Source of the DNA: an uncultured bacterium | Lineage (GTDB): Bacteria > Omnitrophota > Omnitrophia > Omnitrophales > Aquincolibacteriaceae | NCBI GenBank assembly: GCA_964410905.1 | Contig: CAYPIR010000001.1 | Span: 21,861-85,860 of the forward strand | DNA length: 64,000 bases | Direction of reading: 5' to 3' | Shown here: positions 30,427 to 39,988 of the stretch, one piece after another | Position numbering within the stretch: the first letter of the stretch is position 1 | Layout of the letters: every line of letters starts with the position of its first letter | Position numbers and translations under genes: made by a program | The notes under the pieces: generated by a model | What the model was told of the DNA's origin: nothing | The model's input: the letters and a program-made list of their open reading frames with translations, nothing else | The model's database searches: none

Positions 30427-31334
30427 AATATCCTCTCAATCACGCGCAACTTCGCGCTTCTTGATCTAGGGTTGCTTAATATTTCCGTTCGTTCCGCGAC
30501 AATAGGTTTCTTGAAAACAAGCCGTCCCTTTCCCTGCGCGTTCCATTCTTTAAATTTATTTTTTACAATTCTGTCCTCAAGAGAATGAAACGTAATAATT
30601 CCAAGCCGTCCATGTGGCAAAAGCAAATCAAACGCTCCCGCCATTCCTTCTTTCAGCGCTTCCAATTCGTCGTTTACAGCGATACGAATTGCCTGAAAAA
30701 CTTTTGTGAATGGATTCCGTCTCGCCCACGCGGGACGTTTTCCTTTTTCAAATCTAAGGTGTTCCGGCAACGCCTCTTGTAAAATCTCATTTAAATCCGA
30801 AACCGTATTAAAACTTTTGCCATTTCGTCTGGCTTCGACTATCACATGAGCAAATCTTCGTGAGTGGCGCTCCTCACCGTAATAATAAAAAAGGTCGGCA
30901 AGCTCAGTTTCTGTCATGCTTTCAAGAATTTCAGACGCTCTTGAACCTTTTTCCGTGTCCATCCGCATATCCAACAAACCGTTTGAATCAAAGCTAAACC
31001 CACGATTTTCATCAGCCAATTGTTCTGAAGAAATCCCAATGTCAAGAAGCACCGCGTCAAAACCCGCTATTTGAAAATTCTGAAAAACTTCTCCGACATT
31101 CCTGAAGTTTTCGTGAACAAGTCTGACGCGTGAGTCATTCGCGAAAAGTGGTTTGCATCTTTCTATCGCGGCAGAATCTTGGTCAAAGGAAAATAATTTT
31201 CCGTTCTCGCCTATTTGCGAAAGCATAGCCTCCGAATGTCCGCCGCTACCAAGCGTTCCGTCCATCACAATCGCGCCCGGTCGAATACTCAATGCCGCAA
31301 GAACTTCTTTTAAAAGAACAGGATTATGCCGCAA
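30423..31334 (-). CDS. rsmH: 16S rRNA (cytosine1402-N4)-methyltransferase
   Basis: HNPVLLKEVL, DGTLGSGGHS and FHSLEDR are present. The start appears to be TTG at 31334. Confidence 0.9.
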   Translation of the reverse strand: MRHNPVLLKEVLAALSIRPGAIVMDGTLGSGGHSEAMLSQIGENGKLFSFDQDSAAIERCKPLFANDSRVRLVHENFRNVGEVFQNFQIAGFDAVLLDIGISSEQLADENRGFSFDSNGLLDMRMDTEKGSRASEILESMTETELADLFYYYGEERHSRRFAHVIVEARRNGKSFNTVSDLNEILQEALPEHLRFEKGKRPAWARRNPFTKVFQAIRIAVNDELEALKEGMAGAFDLLLPHGRLGIITFHSLEDRIVKNKFKEWNAQGKGRLVFKKPIVAERTEILSNPRSRSAKLRVIERIL

Positions 31335-31659
31335 AGCTGGAAATCGCTTCTTCTTTCGTTGAATAACTTTCCATCAGACCGTTTACTCCAATCATTCGAA
31401 AAGCCTTTTCAACCTCAGGCCGAAGATTGCAAAGTTTGATGTCTCCTTTTTGTTCACGGACGCGGCGAAGACGTTCGACAAGAATTCCAACTCCGGCAAG
31501 CTCCACTCTTCTCGCTTCCTGCAAATCAAGCAAAAGACATTTGTGGTTTTTGTTGAGAAGCCTATTCATACGGTCCTTCATCTTGATCATGCTAAAAGCG
31601 TCCAGGTCTCCGTTAAATTTAAGGACATCTACATTCCGTTTTGTTTTTGAATAAAGCAT
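31324..31659 (-). CDS. STAS-domain protein (anti-sigma-factor antagonist fold)
   Basis: The 111-aa protein has SpoIIAA-like topology (LLLDLQEARRVELAGVGILV). A strong SD, AAAGGAGAGCTTGAT-ATG, precedes it. It overlaps the rsmH start by 11 nt. Confidence 0.75.
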   Translation of the reverse strand: MLYSKTKRNVDVLKFNGDLDAFSMIKMKDRMNRLLNKNHKCLLLDLQEARRVELAGVGILVERLRRVREQKGDIKLCNLRPEVEKAFRMIGVNGLMESYSTKEEAISSFAA

Positions 31660-31677
31660 ATCAAGCTCTCCTTTGTA

Positions 31678-32115
31678 TTATTTAAAAGCAAGTTTTTCCG
31701 CAAGTTCTTCAAATTTTTGTTCATTAGCATTAAAAAAGTTTTGCCATTTCTCTTTCGCCCAAATTTCTATGCGGTTTGAAACTCCGACAAAAACAACATC
31801 GGATTTAATTTCCACGCGAGTTTTTAATTTTTCTGGAATCAAGATTCTTCCCTGTTTATCGCAATCGACTTCGTAGGCGCTGCCAAAAAAACGGCGGTTA
31901 AACGCGCGCGCTTCGACAGATGTAAAAGACAAATCACGAAATTTTTTCTCTTCAGCTTTCCATTGCTCTTCGGTGAAAACAAACAAGCACTTGTCCAACC
32001 CTTCCGTAATAAAAAATCTCTCGACAAAACGGTCTTTAAAAATTTCACGGAATTTAGACGGAATCATCACACGATTTTTTACGTCAACCACGTGTTCAAA
32101 TTCACCGTAAAACAT
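31678..32115 (-). CDS. mraZ: Transcriptional regulator MraZ
   Basis: The protein begins MFYGEFEHVVDVKNRVMIPSKFRE and has a second SpoVT/AbrB-like half (GRILIPEKL). The start is at ATG 32115, with SD AAAGGAGAG upstream. Confidence 0.9.
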   Translation of the reverse strand: MFYGEFEHVVDVKNRVMIPSKFREIFKDRFVERFFITEGLDKCLFVFTEEQWKAEEKKFRDLSFTSVEARAFNRRFFGSAYEVDCDKQGRILIPEKLKTRVEIKSDVVFVGVSNRIEIWAKEKWQNFFNANEQKFEELAEKLAFK

Positions 32116-32137
32116 TTTCTTGAGCTCTCCTTTATAT

Positions 32138-32170
32138 CCACCACTTATTACCACTTATTACCACTTTATT
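32138..32170 (-). promoter_or_regulatory. MraZ operator: three direct AAGTGG boxes at 10-bp spacing
   Basis: The minus strand reads AATAAAGTGG TAATAAGTGG TAATAAGTGG TGG, lying between the promoter -10 and the mraZ SD. Confidence 0.7.
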
Positions 32171-32179
32171 AACGGCGGA

Positions 32180-32208
32180 AGTATATTCATTCTTAAATGG
32201 CGTGTCAA
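32180..32208 (-). promoter_or_regulatory. dcw/mraZ promoter (TTGACA, 17-nt spacer, TATACT)
   Basis: The minus strand reads TTGACA cgccatttaagaatgaa TATACT, immediately upstream of the MraZ boxes. Confidence 0.65.
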
Positions 32209-32331
32209 AACATTTTTTTTAGGGATTTTAAAAACAAGGAGGCTTTTTAGAGACAGAGTACGGGAAGGTGAAAACACGCAAAAAATCTTGTGGGGCAAAA
32301 CTAGGAAAAACGACTTAGGGAAGGAAAAACT

Positions 32332-33048
32332 TTAATCTTCGATATAAAGAATTCTAGAACAGTTTTCACAAACAGTAATTTCCACGCCAATTTTTATTTC
32401 GTTAATTAGTTGAGGGCGGAGTTGCAGCTGGCAAGCCAAACAAACACCATTCACTACGCGTGCGAGCGCTCGCCCTTCTTTTTTTTCCGCAATCCTGTTG
32501 TAGAGGTCTTTAATTTCTGGAGGAAGAACATCAACCGTCGAGCTGCGTTTATTCAAGGCATCTTCAAGTTGAGTTTGAATGTTTTTTTCTTGATTATTAA
32601 GTTCAACGTCTTTTTGTTGATATTCTTTTTCTATAGCTGTGAAATTTTCTTTTTCTTTTTTCACATCCTCTTTAATAGCTTCAACTTCATCTAAAATCTG
32701 GATAATTCCCTCTTCCAAAATCGAGTTGTCTGCTTTAAGCGACGCGATTTCTTGTTGAAGCGCGGAATACTCTTTGTTGGTTCTCACTTGCGAAAGCTGC
32801 CCATCAAGTTTTTTAATTTGATTTTCTTTTTGGGAAAGTTCAAGTTCTTTTTCTTTAAGTTTTACCTGAATGTCTTTGGCTGCTTTTTCAATTTCGCGAA
32901 GATGGTTTTTTTTTGATTCTAACTCGTCCTTGAGTTGTTTCTTTAAATATGGCATTTCCTCAAGCTGTAAACGCGACTGATGTATTAGGACATCAAGTTG
33001 TTGGGCTTTTTTGAGGACATCGAGGTTTTGAGAAATTTGGCTAGACAT
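32332..33048 (-). CDS. Coiled-coil protein with C-terminal C4 zinc ribbon (COG1579/DUF164-like)
   Basis: A long heptad-rich region is followed by CLACQLQL ... CENCSRILY. Confidence 0.7.
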   Translation of the reverse strand: MSSQISQNLDVLKKAQQLDVLIHQSRLQLEEMPYLKKQLKDELESKKNHLREIEKAAKDIQVKLKEKELELSQKENQIKKLDGQLSQVRTNKEYSALQQEIASLKADNSILEEGIIQILDEVEAIKEDVKKEKENFTAIEKEYQQKDVELNNQEKNIQTQLEDALNKRSSTVDVLPPEIKDLYNRIAEKKEGRALARVVNGVCLACQLQLRPQLINEIKIGVEITVCENCSRILYIED

Positions 33049-33133
33049 AATTGCCGATGATTATATGAGAATCATCTCATCGCTTCAAGAATTAAAGACG
33101 TTTTTTTAACGTGGGATTTTTTATGAGATAAAA

Positions 33134-33535
33134 AAGGAAGGTCTTCTCTATAAGCCGGGTTCTGTTCTTTTATCTCGCGATAAAAGAGACGACCATCTAT
33201 CTAGGACAGTTGTTGCCAATTGTCTCGGTCGGCTTACCCAATAAAGTTAAGAGATTGCTCTCTTTGTAGAAGTGGACGCTTCCGCCAATTTGGCTCTTTA
33301 TCCTGTTTAGCCTTTCTTCACGTAGAGATTGCCGCGTTTCACCCTCTAAGACTTTCGTCCTAAAGACTCGTCTCTGTGGCTCTAATCCGTTCTGAAAATA
33401 TCTTGCGATAAATCCAGAAGATGGGCGTTACCCATTACGATGTCCTATGAAGCCCGGACTTTCCTCCCACAACGGTTTGATGAGACGTTTCTCACCCTTT
33501 CGCTTGTGCGCGATCGTCCGAAAAGACCTTCCCGA
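33134..33535 (-). ncRNA. rnpB: RNase P RNA, bacterial type A
   Basis: The minus strand contains GAGGAAAGTCCGGGCTTCATAGGACA near the 5' end and ACAGAACCCGGCTTA near the 3' end. P1 pairing is GGAAGGTCTT / AAGACCTTCC. End positions are good to about +/-5 nt. Confidence 0.9.
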
Positions 33536-33558
33536 AATTTTCAAAGAATACTAAAAAA

Positions 33559-33632
33559 TGGACCCACCTGGACTCGAACCAGGAACCAAAGGATTATGAG
33601 TCCTCTGCTCTAACCGATTGAGCTATGGGTCC
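33559..33632 (-). tRNA. tRNA with CAT anticodon (elongator Met, or Ile2 if lysidine-modified)
   Basis: Hand fold: acceptor GGACCCA/TGGGTCC, D stem GCTC/GAGC, anticodon loop CTCATAA, T arm CCTGG-TTCGAGT-CCAGG. It lacks the initiator features (3 GC pairs in the anticodon stem, 1:72 mismatch). No CCA is encoded. Confidence 0.9.
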
Positions 33633-33776
33633 CCAAAACAAGGACGCGTAGCATAACCAAGAAATAAAAAAAAAACAAGCCGTCAAAATTACAAAAATTA
33701 ATAATTTTACAGACAAATTGGGAAGAATAAAAAAAACCTATAACGCGGCAAATACTTTAAGCGAAAGGAATATCCA

Positions 33777-34190
33777 TTATTTAGATAAAAGCTCCTCTAT
33801 TTTTTTTTGAAGATTGGTTAAATCAAATGGCTTTTCAATGTAAGCACTAATTCCTTCTTGATCAAAAAGAGACTGCATCTGACTGCCAGCGCCAGTAAGC
33901 ATCATGACACGAGTTTTGCGTATGCGTTCCTGCTCCGCCATATCCTCGTGCCTATAGCCTCGAAGATTCCTAAGATATGTTAGCCCGTCATCGCCGCCAG
34001 AAATACGCACATCCAGCAAAACGCAATCGGGTTTTTCTTCTACGGTTTTCAGTAGACCTTCTCCGCCATCATGCGCAACAATGACCTCATAGCCAAGACG
34101 CGTGAATTTTTCTTTAATTATTTGACAGATGTCATCTTCATCATCAACTACAAGAATGCGTTTTTGATTTTCGCTCATGTATTTCTCCAC
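33777..34190 (-). CDS. Stand-alone response regulator receiver (CheY-like)
   Basis: RILVVDDEDD ... VLLDVRISGGDG ... a receiver domain only. Confidence 0.8.
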   Translation of the reverse strand: MEKYMSENQKRILVVDDEDDICQIIKEKFTRLGYEVIVAHDGGEGLLKTVEEKPDCVLLDVRISGGDDGLTYLRNLRGYRHEDMAEQERIRKTRVMMLTGAGSQMQSLFDQEGISAYIEKPFDLTNLQKKIEELLSK

Positions 34191-34235
34191 TTAATAAAAC
34201 TGTTGATTTATTTATACGCCGCGAAGTTCCGCCAT

Positions 34236-35756
34236 CTATTTGCAAATTTGCGCGGTACTATTCCAGCTTTTCCCGGTCGGACATTTTAGATAAGGAAAAT
34301 TTCCGGAAACAGGCATCCAAGCTCCATAGGGATTAGTCGTTGCATAAAACCACCCGCCAGTTGCAGGGTATTTGTAAACAGCTCCTCCTCTATTTGTGCC
34401 TGTCACGCCCGTGCCATAAAAATCGCTTATAGCAGTTGCTTTCCCTGTGGAATCCGAAACACCGCCAATGGTATTTGTTGGCGCAAGCCCTGAGGCAAAC
34501 CACCAAGAGTTAGGAATTGAAGATGTCCCGCTTTTTATTGCTCCAATCAGCCCTCCTGTTGCCAGAAAACTCAAACCGTTTCCCGTACTAAAATTTGCTA
34601 CTGAAAATGAATCTTCAATGATAATTGTCCCAGCAACACTCCCTATAAGCCCTCCGGCTGTTATTTGTGCACCAGAGGTTGTATAGCCCAACCCTGGGGG
34701 AGTCCCTTCAGTAATCAAGTTCCCTTGAAAGTAGGAACTAGAAATCCTCACGTCTCTTCCATATCCCACTAACCCGCCTGCGCTGTTTTTGTTATCGCCC
34801 AACTCTGGATTTCTGGCCGAAATTGTGCCTTTAAAATAAGAATTTTCAATAGTGCAATTTCCAATTATCCCGCCAGGCCACTCCCCACAACACCAACTCG
34901 ATTCACATTGTCCAATGAGACCGCCTACCGCGCCGCGATCGGCAAATAAACTCCCTGTAGCGGAACAATTAATAATTTGTATATTTCGCCCAACACCGAC
35001 AAAGCTTCCTACTCGAATATTTTGACTAACAGCAAGATTGCGAAGATGCAAATTCCTTATAACAGCACCATCCGCTTGTGAGAAAAGTCCGTAGCCGCCG
35101 TAATTCCCCGGCGGGATAACCGCATAAACATTGCTGACCGTATGTCCGCCGCCGTCAATAGTACCTGATATAGGAGTCGTCTGTCCCAGCGGGGACCATC
35201 CTTCAGCCAAACTCGGTCCACTATCGTCGCTAGTACCGGGAACTCCATCATAACCCACCCCTTCAAAAAATTGGTTATAACCTTTTCCCCAAAGACTTCC
35301 CCCGAATCCAGCATTACTCGGGTTAGTAGACGAACAATCAAGATCTTGGGTTAAAAGATATGTTTTCCCTGTCGCTGGGAATGCATTTATAAGCCCGATC
35401 AGTTGAAATTCTTCACAGCTGCTTAACAAAATTTCATTCCCCTCTCCTGTCCTCGCCGCCGCTCTAAGGACTGTAGCTCCTGTGCTAGGATTGCGATAAG
35501 CAAAGTGAAGTTTTGTCGCCAAAGGATGGTCAAGATCGACATGAGTAATACCCCAAATTCCGGTTGAAGTTCTTACGCGAAGCGGAGAATTGGTCAATTT
35601 CAAGCTTTCGCAGTTGAGCCCAACTATTTTATCGCCATCGTAGTAGCGCAGCCCGCAATCTGTAGCATATGCATGAGGGAAAGAGACAAAGAAAAGGGAA
35701 AGAAAAAAGAAGACTGCGAAAAGAAATTTGAGGCTATATTTTTGATCTCCCGACAT
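34236..35756 (-). CDS. Secreted repeat protein with GLUG-type motifs
   Basis: It has a signal peptide (FFFLSLFFVSFPHAYA) and repeated GGLIG/GGLVG motifs spaced ~25-30 aa apart, suggesting a beta-helix-like repeat. Confidence 0.55.
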   Translation of the reverse strand: MSGDQKYSLKFLFAVFFFLSLFFVSFPHAYATDCGLRYYDGDKIVGLNCESLKLTNSPLRVRTSTGIWGITHVDLDHPLATKLHFAYRNPSTGATVLRAAARTGEGNEILLSSCEEFQLIGLINAFPATGKTYLLTQDLDCSSTNPSNAGFGGSLWGKGYNQFFEGVGYDGVPGTSDDSGPSLAEGWSPLGQTTPISGTIDGGGHTVSNVYAVIPPGNYGGYGLFSQADGAVIRNLHLRNLAVSQNIRVGSFVGVGRNIQIINCSATGSLFADRGAVGGLIGQCESSWCCGEWPGGIIGNCTIENSYFKGTISARNPELGDNKNSAGGLVGYGRDVRISSSYFQGNLITEGTPPGLGYTTSGAQITAGGLIGSVAGTIIIEDSFSVANFSTGNGLSFLATGGLIGAIKSGTSSIPNSWWFASGLAPTNTIGGVSDSTGKATAISDFYGTGVTGTNRGGAVYKYPATGGWFYATTNPYGAWMPVSGNFPYLKCPTGKSWNSTAQICK

Positions 35757-35862
35757 GATAGCTTCCTCAGAATATGTTTTTTAGAACGACACACTCGCAA
35801 AAAATCTCGCCGACGCGCCAACTTACAAATTCACTTGAACAGTCTGTAAGAGTATCGGAATT

Positions 35863-37530
35863 TTATTCGCTTAGCTTAATATCCAAAAAATTTTTAAGTT
35901 TACGAGACCTCGTTGGATGACGCAATTTGCGAAGTGCTTTGGCTTCAATTTGACGGACACGTTCACGAGTAACTTTAAAAATATGTCCAACCTCTTCAAG
36001 CGTTCTTGGGTATCCATCGCCGATACCAAAACGAAGACGCAACACTTTTTCCTCACGTTCTGTCAAAGTCAAAAGAACATCGTCCATCTGTTCTTTGAGC
36101 ATACTGTAGGCAGTTGCGTTAGCGGGAGACACGGCTGTTTTATCTTCAATGAAATCACCAAAACTTGTATCGCCTTCATCGCCTATCGGCATTTGTAAAC
36201 TGACAGGCTCTTGTGCAATTTTTAAGATGCCTTTTACTTTATCCACAGGCATCTTTAAAAGTTGAGCAACTTCTTCTGGGGTCGGTTCACGCCCTGTTTC
36301 TTGCACTAAATGGCGGGAGGCGCGGAAAAACTTATTAATAGTTTCAATCATATGCACAGGAATGCGAATCGTCCGCGCTTGATCGGCAATAGAACGCGTA
36401 ATCGCCTGACGAATCCACCACGTAGCGTAGGTAGAAAATTTGTATCCGCGTTTGTATTCAAATTTATCAACCGCTTTCATTAACCCAATGTTCCCTTCTT
36501 GAATTAAATCAAGAAATGACAAACCGCGGTTGGTGTATTTTTTCGCGATGCTGACAACAAGACGAAGGTTTGCCGCAACAAGCGCTTTTTTAGCGTTTGA
36601 GAGTTCCCACTCTTTGCGGATAATTGGACGAAATTGTTCCAAAAGTTTTTTTTCATCGCCACCAAGTTCTCGCAAAAGTTTTTTACTGCGTTTTTCCAGC
36701 TGTATTTTTTGCGGTTGCAGCGCGACGCTCCGCATTTTTTTTGCTTCATCGTGATTTCTTTTTAACTCTTTTAATTTAGCACGGACATTGGCAACAATCT
36801 GTTCGACAATGGCAATGCTTAAATTAAACCGCATCAAAACGTCAACCGCGACCGTGGCTTTACGCGCTTTTTTAAGCTCGCCTATAAGTTTTTTAAGATT
36901 TCTTTTTATGGTGTCAAGATGCGCTCTCTCTTCACTTTCTATAATTGCTTCAAGCTGGACTTGCCCATTCAAAATTTTCTCGGAAAGTTCCAATACTTCA
37001 AATCGCGCCGCTTGAGTTTCGTAAACCACTTTTTTAAGTTCCGATTCGCAAAACTCTATGCGCTTTGAAATCTCAATCTCTTGCTCACGCGTAAGAAGAG
37101 AAATTTGTCCCATTTGACGAAGATATGTTCTAACGGGGTCATCAATACGCGCCTTTTCTTCTTCCGCCGCGGAGTCATCTTCCATTTCAGTGGACTTAAC
37201 GTTTTTTTTATCAGCGCCTTGCGAAGCATCCATAGGCTTTATGGCCTCATTAGAAACAACTATTCCCTTTTCGCTCAACGCAATAATTATCTCTTCAACC
37301 TTTTCCGGATTATTCCATTCCGTCGGTAATTCCTTTTTCATTTGGTCGATTGTTACAGAACCATTTTGGGTTCCAAACGCAATCAGCTTTTCGAGAACGC
37401 CTGAAGGAAGTTTTGATATGTTTTTTTTGCTGCCGGCAGATTTTTTAGTAGCAGGTTTTTTCTTCTTGGAAGAAACGGACATTTTTTTCATAGCGGTTTT
37501 TTTTGGAGATTTTTTAGCGGATTTTTTCAT
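35863..37530 (-). CDS. rpoD: RNA polymerase primary sigma factor
   Basis: Region 2 ([27 protein letters not shown]) and region 4 ([28 protein letters not shown]) are present, with a basic N-terminal tail. Confidence 0.95.
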   Translation of the reverse strand: MKKSAKKSPKKTAMKKMSVSSKKKKPATKKSAGSKKNISKLPSGVLEKLIAFGTQNGSVTIDQMKKELPTEWNNPEKVEEIIIALSEKGIVVSNEAIKPMDASQGADKKNVKSTEMEDDSAAEEEKARIDDPVRTYLRQMGQISLLTREQEIEISKRIEFCESELKKVVYETQAARFEVLELSEKILNGQVQLEAIIESEERAHLDTIKRNLKKLIGELKKARKATVAVDVLMRFNLSIAIVEQIVANVRAKLKELKRNHDEAKKMRSVALQPQKIQLEKRSKKLLRELGGDEKKLLEQFRPIIRKEWELSNAKKALVAANLRLVVSIAKKYTNRGLSFLDLIQEGNIGLMKAVDKFEYKRGYKFSTYATWWIRQAITRSIADQARTIRIPVHMIETINKFFRASRHLVQETGREPTPEEVAQLLKMPVDKVKGILKIAQEPVSLQMPIGDEGDTSFGDFIEDKTAVSPANATAYSMLKEQMDDVLLTLTEREEKVLRLRFGIGDGYPRTLEEVGHIFKVTRERVRQIEAKALRKLRHPTRSRKLKNFLDIKLSE

Positions 37531-37559
37531 AGAATTTTGAATTGTATATTTTTTCGTTA

Positions 37560-39386
37560 TTAAAATCTATTGTTTTCTGCAACCTTTTTTAAAGTTTTTA
37601 GTTTAAGCATTCTTTCATTATATTCCTTCATCAACTCGTGACTTTTCTCTTTATCTCCCGAAGATTCCGCCTGAGCGATTTTGGCGGAATATTCTTTTAT
37701 TTCTTTTTCTAGCGCCGAACGCTGGATAGCTTTGACGCAATCCATAAACGCGGTTTCTCTATCCGTAAACTCATCTACAGTGAGGGACGTTTCCATAAAT
37801 CCTTTTCGATAAGACTCGTCGGAAATTTTTTCACTAACTTCAAGAACCGAGCTCTTCCCTCCGCGCAAATTAGTCTGCGTTAAATAATCAAATATATTTT
37901 GAGAATCGAGATTTTGCAAATCTTCCCGCTTTATTTCCTTTGAAGCAGTATCGCAAAATGGAGGAACCTCTGTCATAAGTAGAAGCAATAACCATTCCCG
38001 TTTAAGCGCTGGAGTTTTAGGGGCGACTTTTATTAAAGTTTTAGGCGCTTCTTGAAAATCTTTCTGAGAAGAATTCGCGGCAAACACTCTAAATTCCTTT
38101 TTCAAAACCGCTTCGTCTATCTTCAATGCGGTTGATAGACGCTTAATGTATTCGGACAATCTGACCGCGTCTTTTACTTTCCTCAAAGTATCTATCATTT
38201 CGCGCGTGATTTTAGAAACACCTAACGCGTCTTTTTGCGGAAAACGCTTAAGAAGCGATACTAGTTTGTAATCAAAAAAATCTTTAGCTGTTTTGAGTTC
38301 GCGCGCGAACACGTCATTTCCATATTTATTTAAAAAATCATCCGGATCTAATCCGTCCGGCAAATGCACAAGTTTTACCTGCATGCCGCCTTCTAGCAAT
38401 ATTTCAAGCCCGCGCAAAGACGCCGATTCACCCGCTTTATCGCCGTCGTAAACTACTATTACTTCTTCCACAAACCGTCGCATAATTCTGACATGGTCTT
38501 CACCAAGCGCCGTGCCGAGAGTCGCCACGGTATTTTTAAATCCGTGCTGGTAAAGCGCCAGAAAATCCATATAGCCTTCCACCAAAATCAGATTTGGCCA
38601 TTCACGCGATATGTGTTTTTTTGCTTGATAAAGTCCAAACAATTCACGGCGTTTTGAAAAAATCGCGGTCTCGGGAGAGTTTAGATATTTAGGCCCCGGC
38701 TCATCTCCCATAACGCGGCCGCCAAAGGCTATGACTTTCCCTGATAAATTTTGTATAGGGAAAACAAGTCGCCCATGAAATGTATCATAAAGATTTCCCT
38801 TCGCCGATTTTTGAACAAGCGCTGCTTTTTGCAAAGTTTCCATAGAATAGCCGCGCACCGTCATCGCGTTCACCAGCGCTCCCCATTCTTGAGTCGCCCA
38901 GCCCAAACGAAATTCTTTTATAATTTCATTCGAAATTTTACGTTTCGCGAGATAATCCCGCGCCACGATGCCCGATGGTTTCAAAAGTAAATCGTGATAA
39001 AAATTCGCGGCTTCTTCGCAAGCGTCATAAAGCGGTTCTTTTACGGCATCTTCTTTTTTTGTGAATTTTCTTTCCGGCAAGGTTATATGCGCTCGTTCGG
39101 CAAGCATTTTCAAACTTTCGGGAAAAGTCATATTTTCGTGCCGCATTAAAAATGTAAAAACGCTTCCGCCCGCTCCGCAGCCAAAACAATAAAACATTTG
39201 TTTTTCGCGACTTACAAAAAAAGACGGTGTTTTTTCTTGATGGAAGGGGCAGCAAGCTTTGAACTCGCGTCCTGAATGTTTCAGTGTTATGTATTGCGAA
39301 AGGACCTCGACAATATCATTTGCCGCGCGAACATCTTCTATTATTTGGTCATCGTGAGAAGCGTTTTCAAAATGACTTTGCGCCAT
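37560..39386 (-). CDS. dnaG: DNA primase
   Basis: It has the Zn-ribbon [11 protein letters not shown] ... CFGCGAGG and a TOPRIM region (LVEGYMD ... YDGDKAG). Confidence 0.95.
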   Translation of the reverse strand: MAQSHFENASHDDQIIEDVRAANDIVEVLSQYITLKHSGREFKACCPFHQEKTPSFFVSREKQMFYCFGCGAGGSVFTFLMRHENMTFPESLKMLAERAHITLPERKFTKKEDAVKEPLYDACEEAANFYHDLLLKPSGIVARDYLAKRKISNEIIKEFRLGWATQEWGALVNAMTVRGYSMETLQKAALVQKSAKGNLYDTFHGRLVFPIQNLSGKVIAFGGRVMGDEPGPKYLNSPETAIFSKRRELFGLYQAKKHISREWPNLILVEGYMDFLALYQHGFKNTVATLGTALGEDHVRIMRRFVEEVIVVYDGDKAGESASLRGLEILLEGGMQVKLVHLPDGLDPDDFLNKYGNDVFARELKTAKDFFDYKLVSLLKRFPQKDALGVSKITREMIDTLRKVKDAVRLSEYIKRLSTALKIDEAVLKKEFRVFAANSSQKDFQEAPKTLIKVAPKTPALKREWLLLLLMTEVPPFCDTASKEIKREDLQNLDSQNIFDYLTQTNLRGGKSSVLEVSEKISDESYRKGFMETSLTVDEFTDRETAFMDCVKAIQRSALEKEIKEYSAKIAQAESSGDKEKSHELMKEYNERMLKLKTLKKVAENNRF

Positions 39387-39392
39387 AAATAT

Positions 39393-39986
39393 TTACGCGC
39401 TCTTTTTGGGAATAATACCCAATGTCGACTTTGGAGAAAATGGCGATACAATCGCGTCGCGAATATCGGGAAGCAGCGTTGAAACCGTATAACCTGTGTA
39501 TGTTTTTCCGGGTTTGAATGTGTCTTTGATCGCGCTTAGCGGAAAAAGCAAAACAAATTGTATGATGAAACTCATGAGTATAAGTGAATGCGCCACTCCC
39601 AAAATTAGTCCGCCTAAAATTTTCAAAAGACCCTGCCCTTCAATATGAAAAAACTTTCCCAAAAATTTACTCAACCATGAAAGTACAATCCAAATAATCG
39701 CCGCATAGATGAAAAACGCTATAGGATTTGAGACTTTCTCATTAAGAATGAAAATGTTTCGTGTAATAATTTTAGACAGCAGCGGGTAAATTGAAAGACA
39801 TGAAACACCCACAACAAGAAGCACGATAAGACGAGAAAACATATCCCCGAAACCAAGTTTGCTCCCGCGAGCAACTCCCCAAATAACAAATACAAAAAAT
39901 ACCCAATCAATTGGCGTAAAACTTTGCAAAGTAGAAACAAACGCGCCTCGACGGGCACTTTCAATGAAATTATAAAACCATTCCAT
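39393..39986 (-). CDS. cvpA: CvpA-family membrane protein
   Basis: It is a 4-TM protein with the IDWVFFVFVIWGVARG pattern. Confidence 0.65.
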   Translation of the reverse strand: MEWFYNFIESARRGAFVSTLQSFTPIDWVFFVFVIWGVARGSKLGFGDMFSRLIVLLVVGVSCLSIYPLLSKIITRNIFILNEKVSNPIAFFIYAAIIWIVLSWLSKFLGKFFHIEGQGLLKILGGLILGVAHSLILMSFIIQFVLLFPLSAIKDTFKPGKTYTGYTVSTLLPDIRDAIVSPFSPKSTLGIIPKKSA

Positions 39987-39988
39987 AT

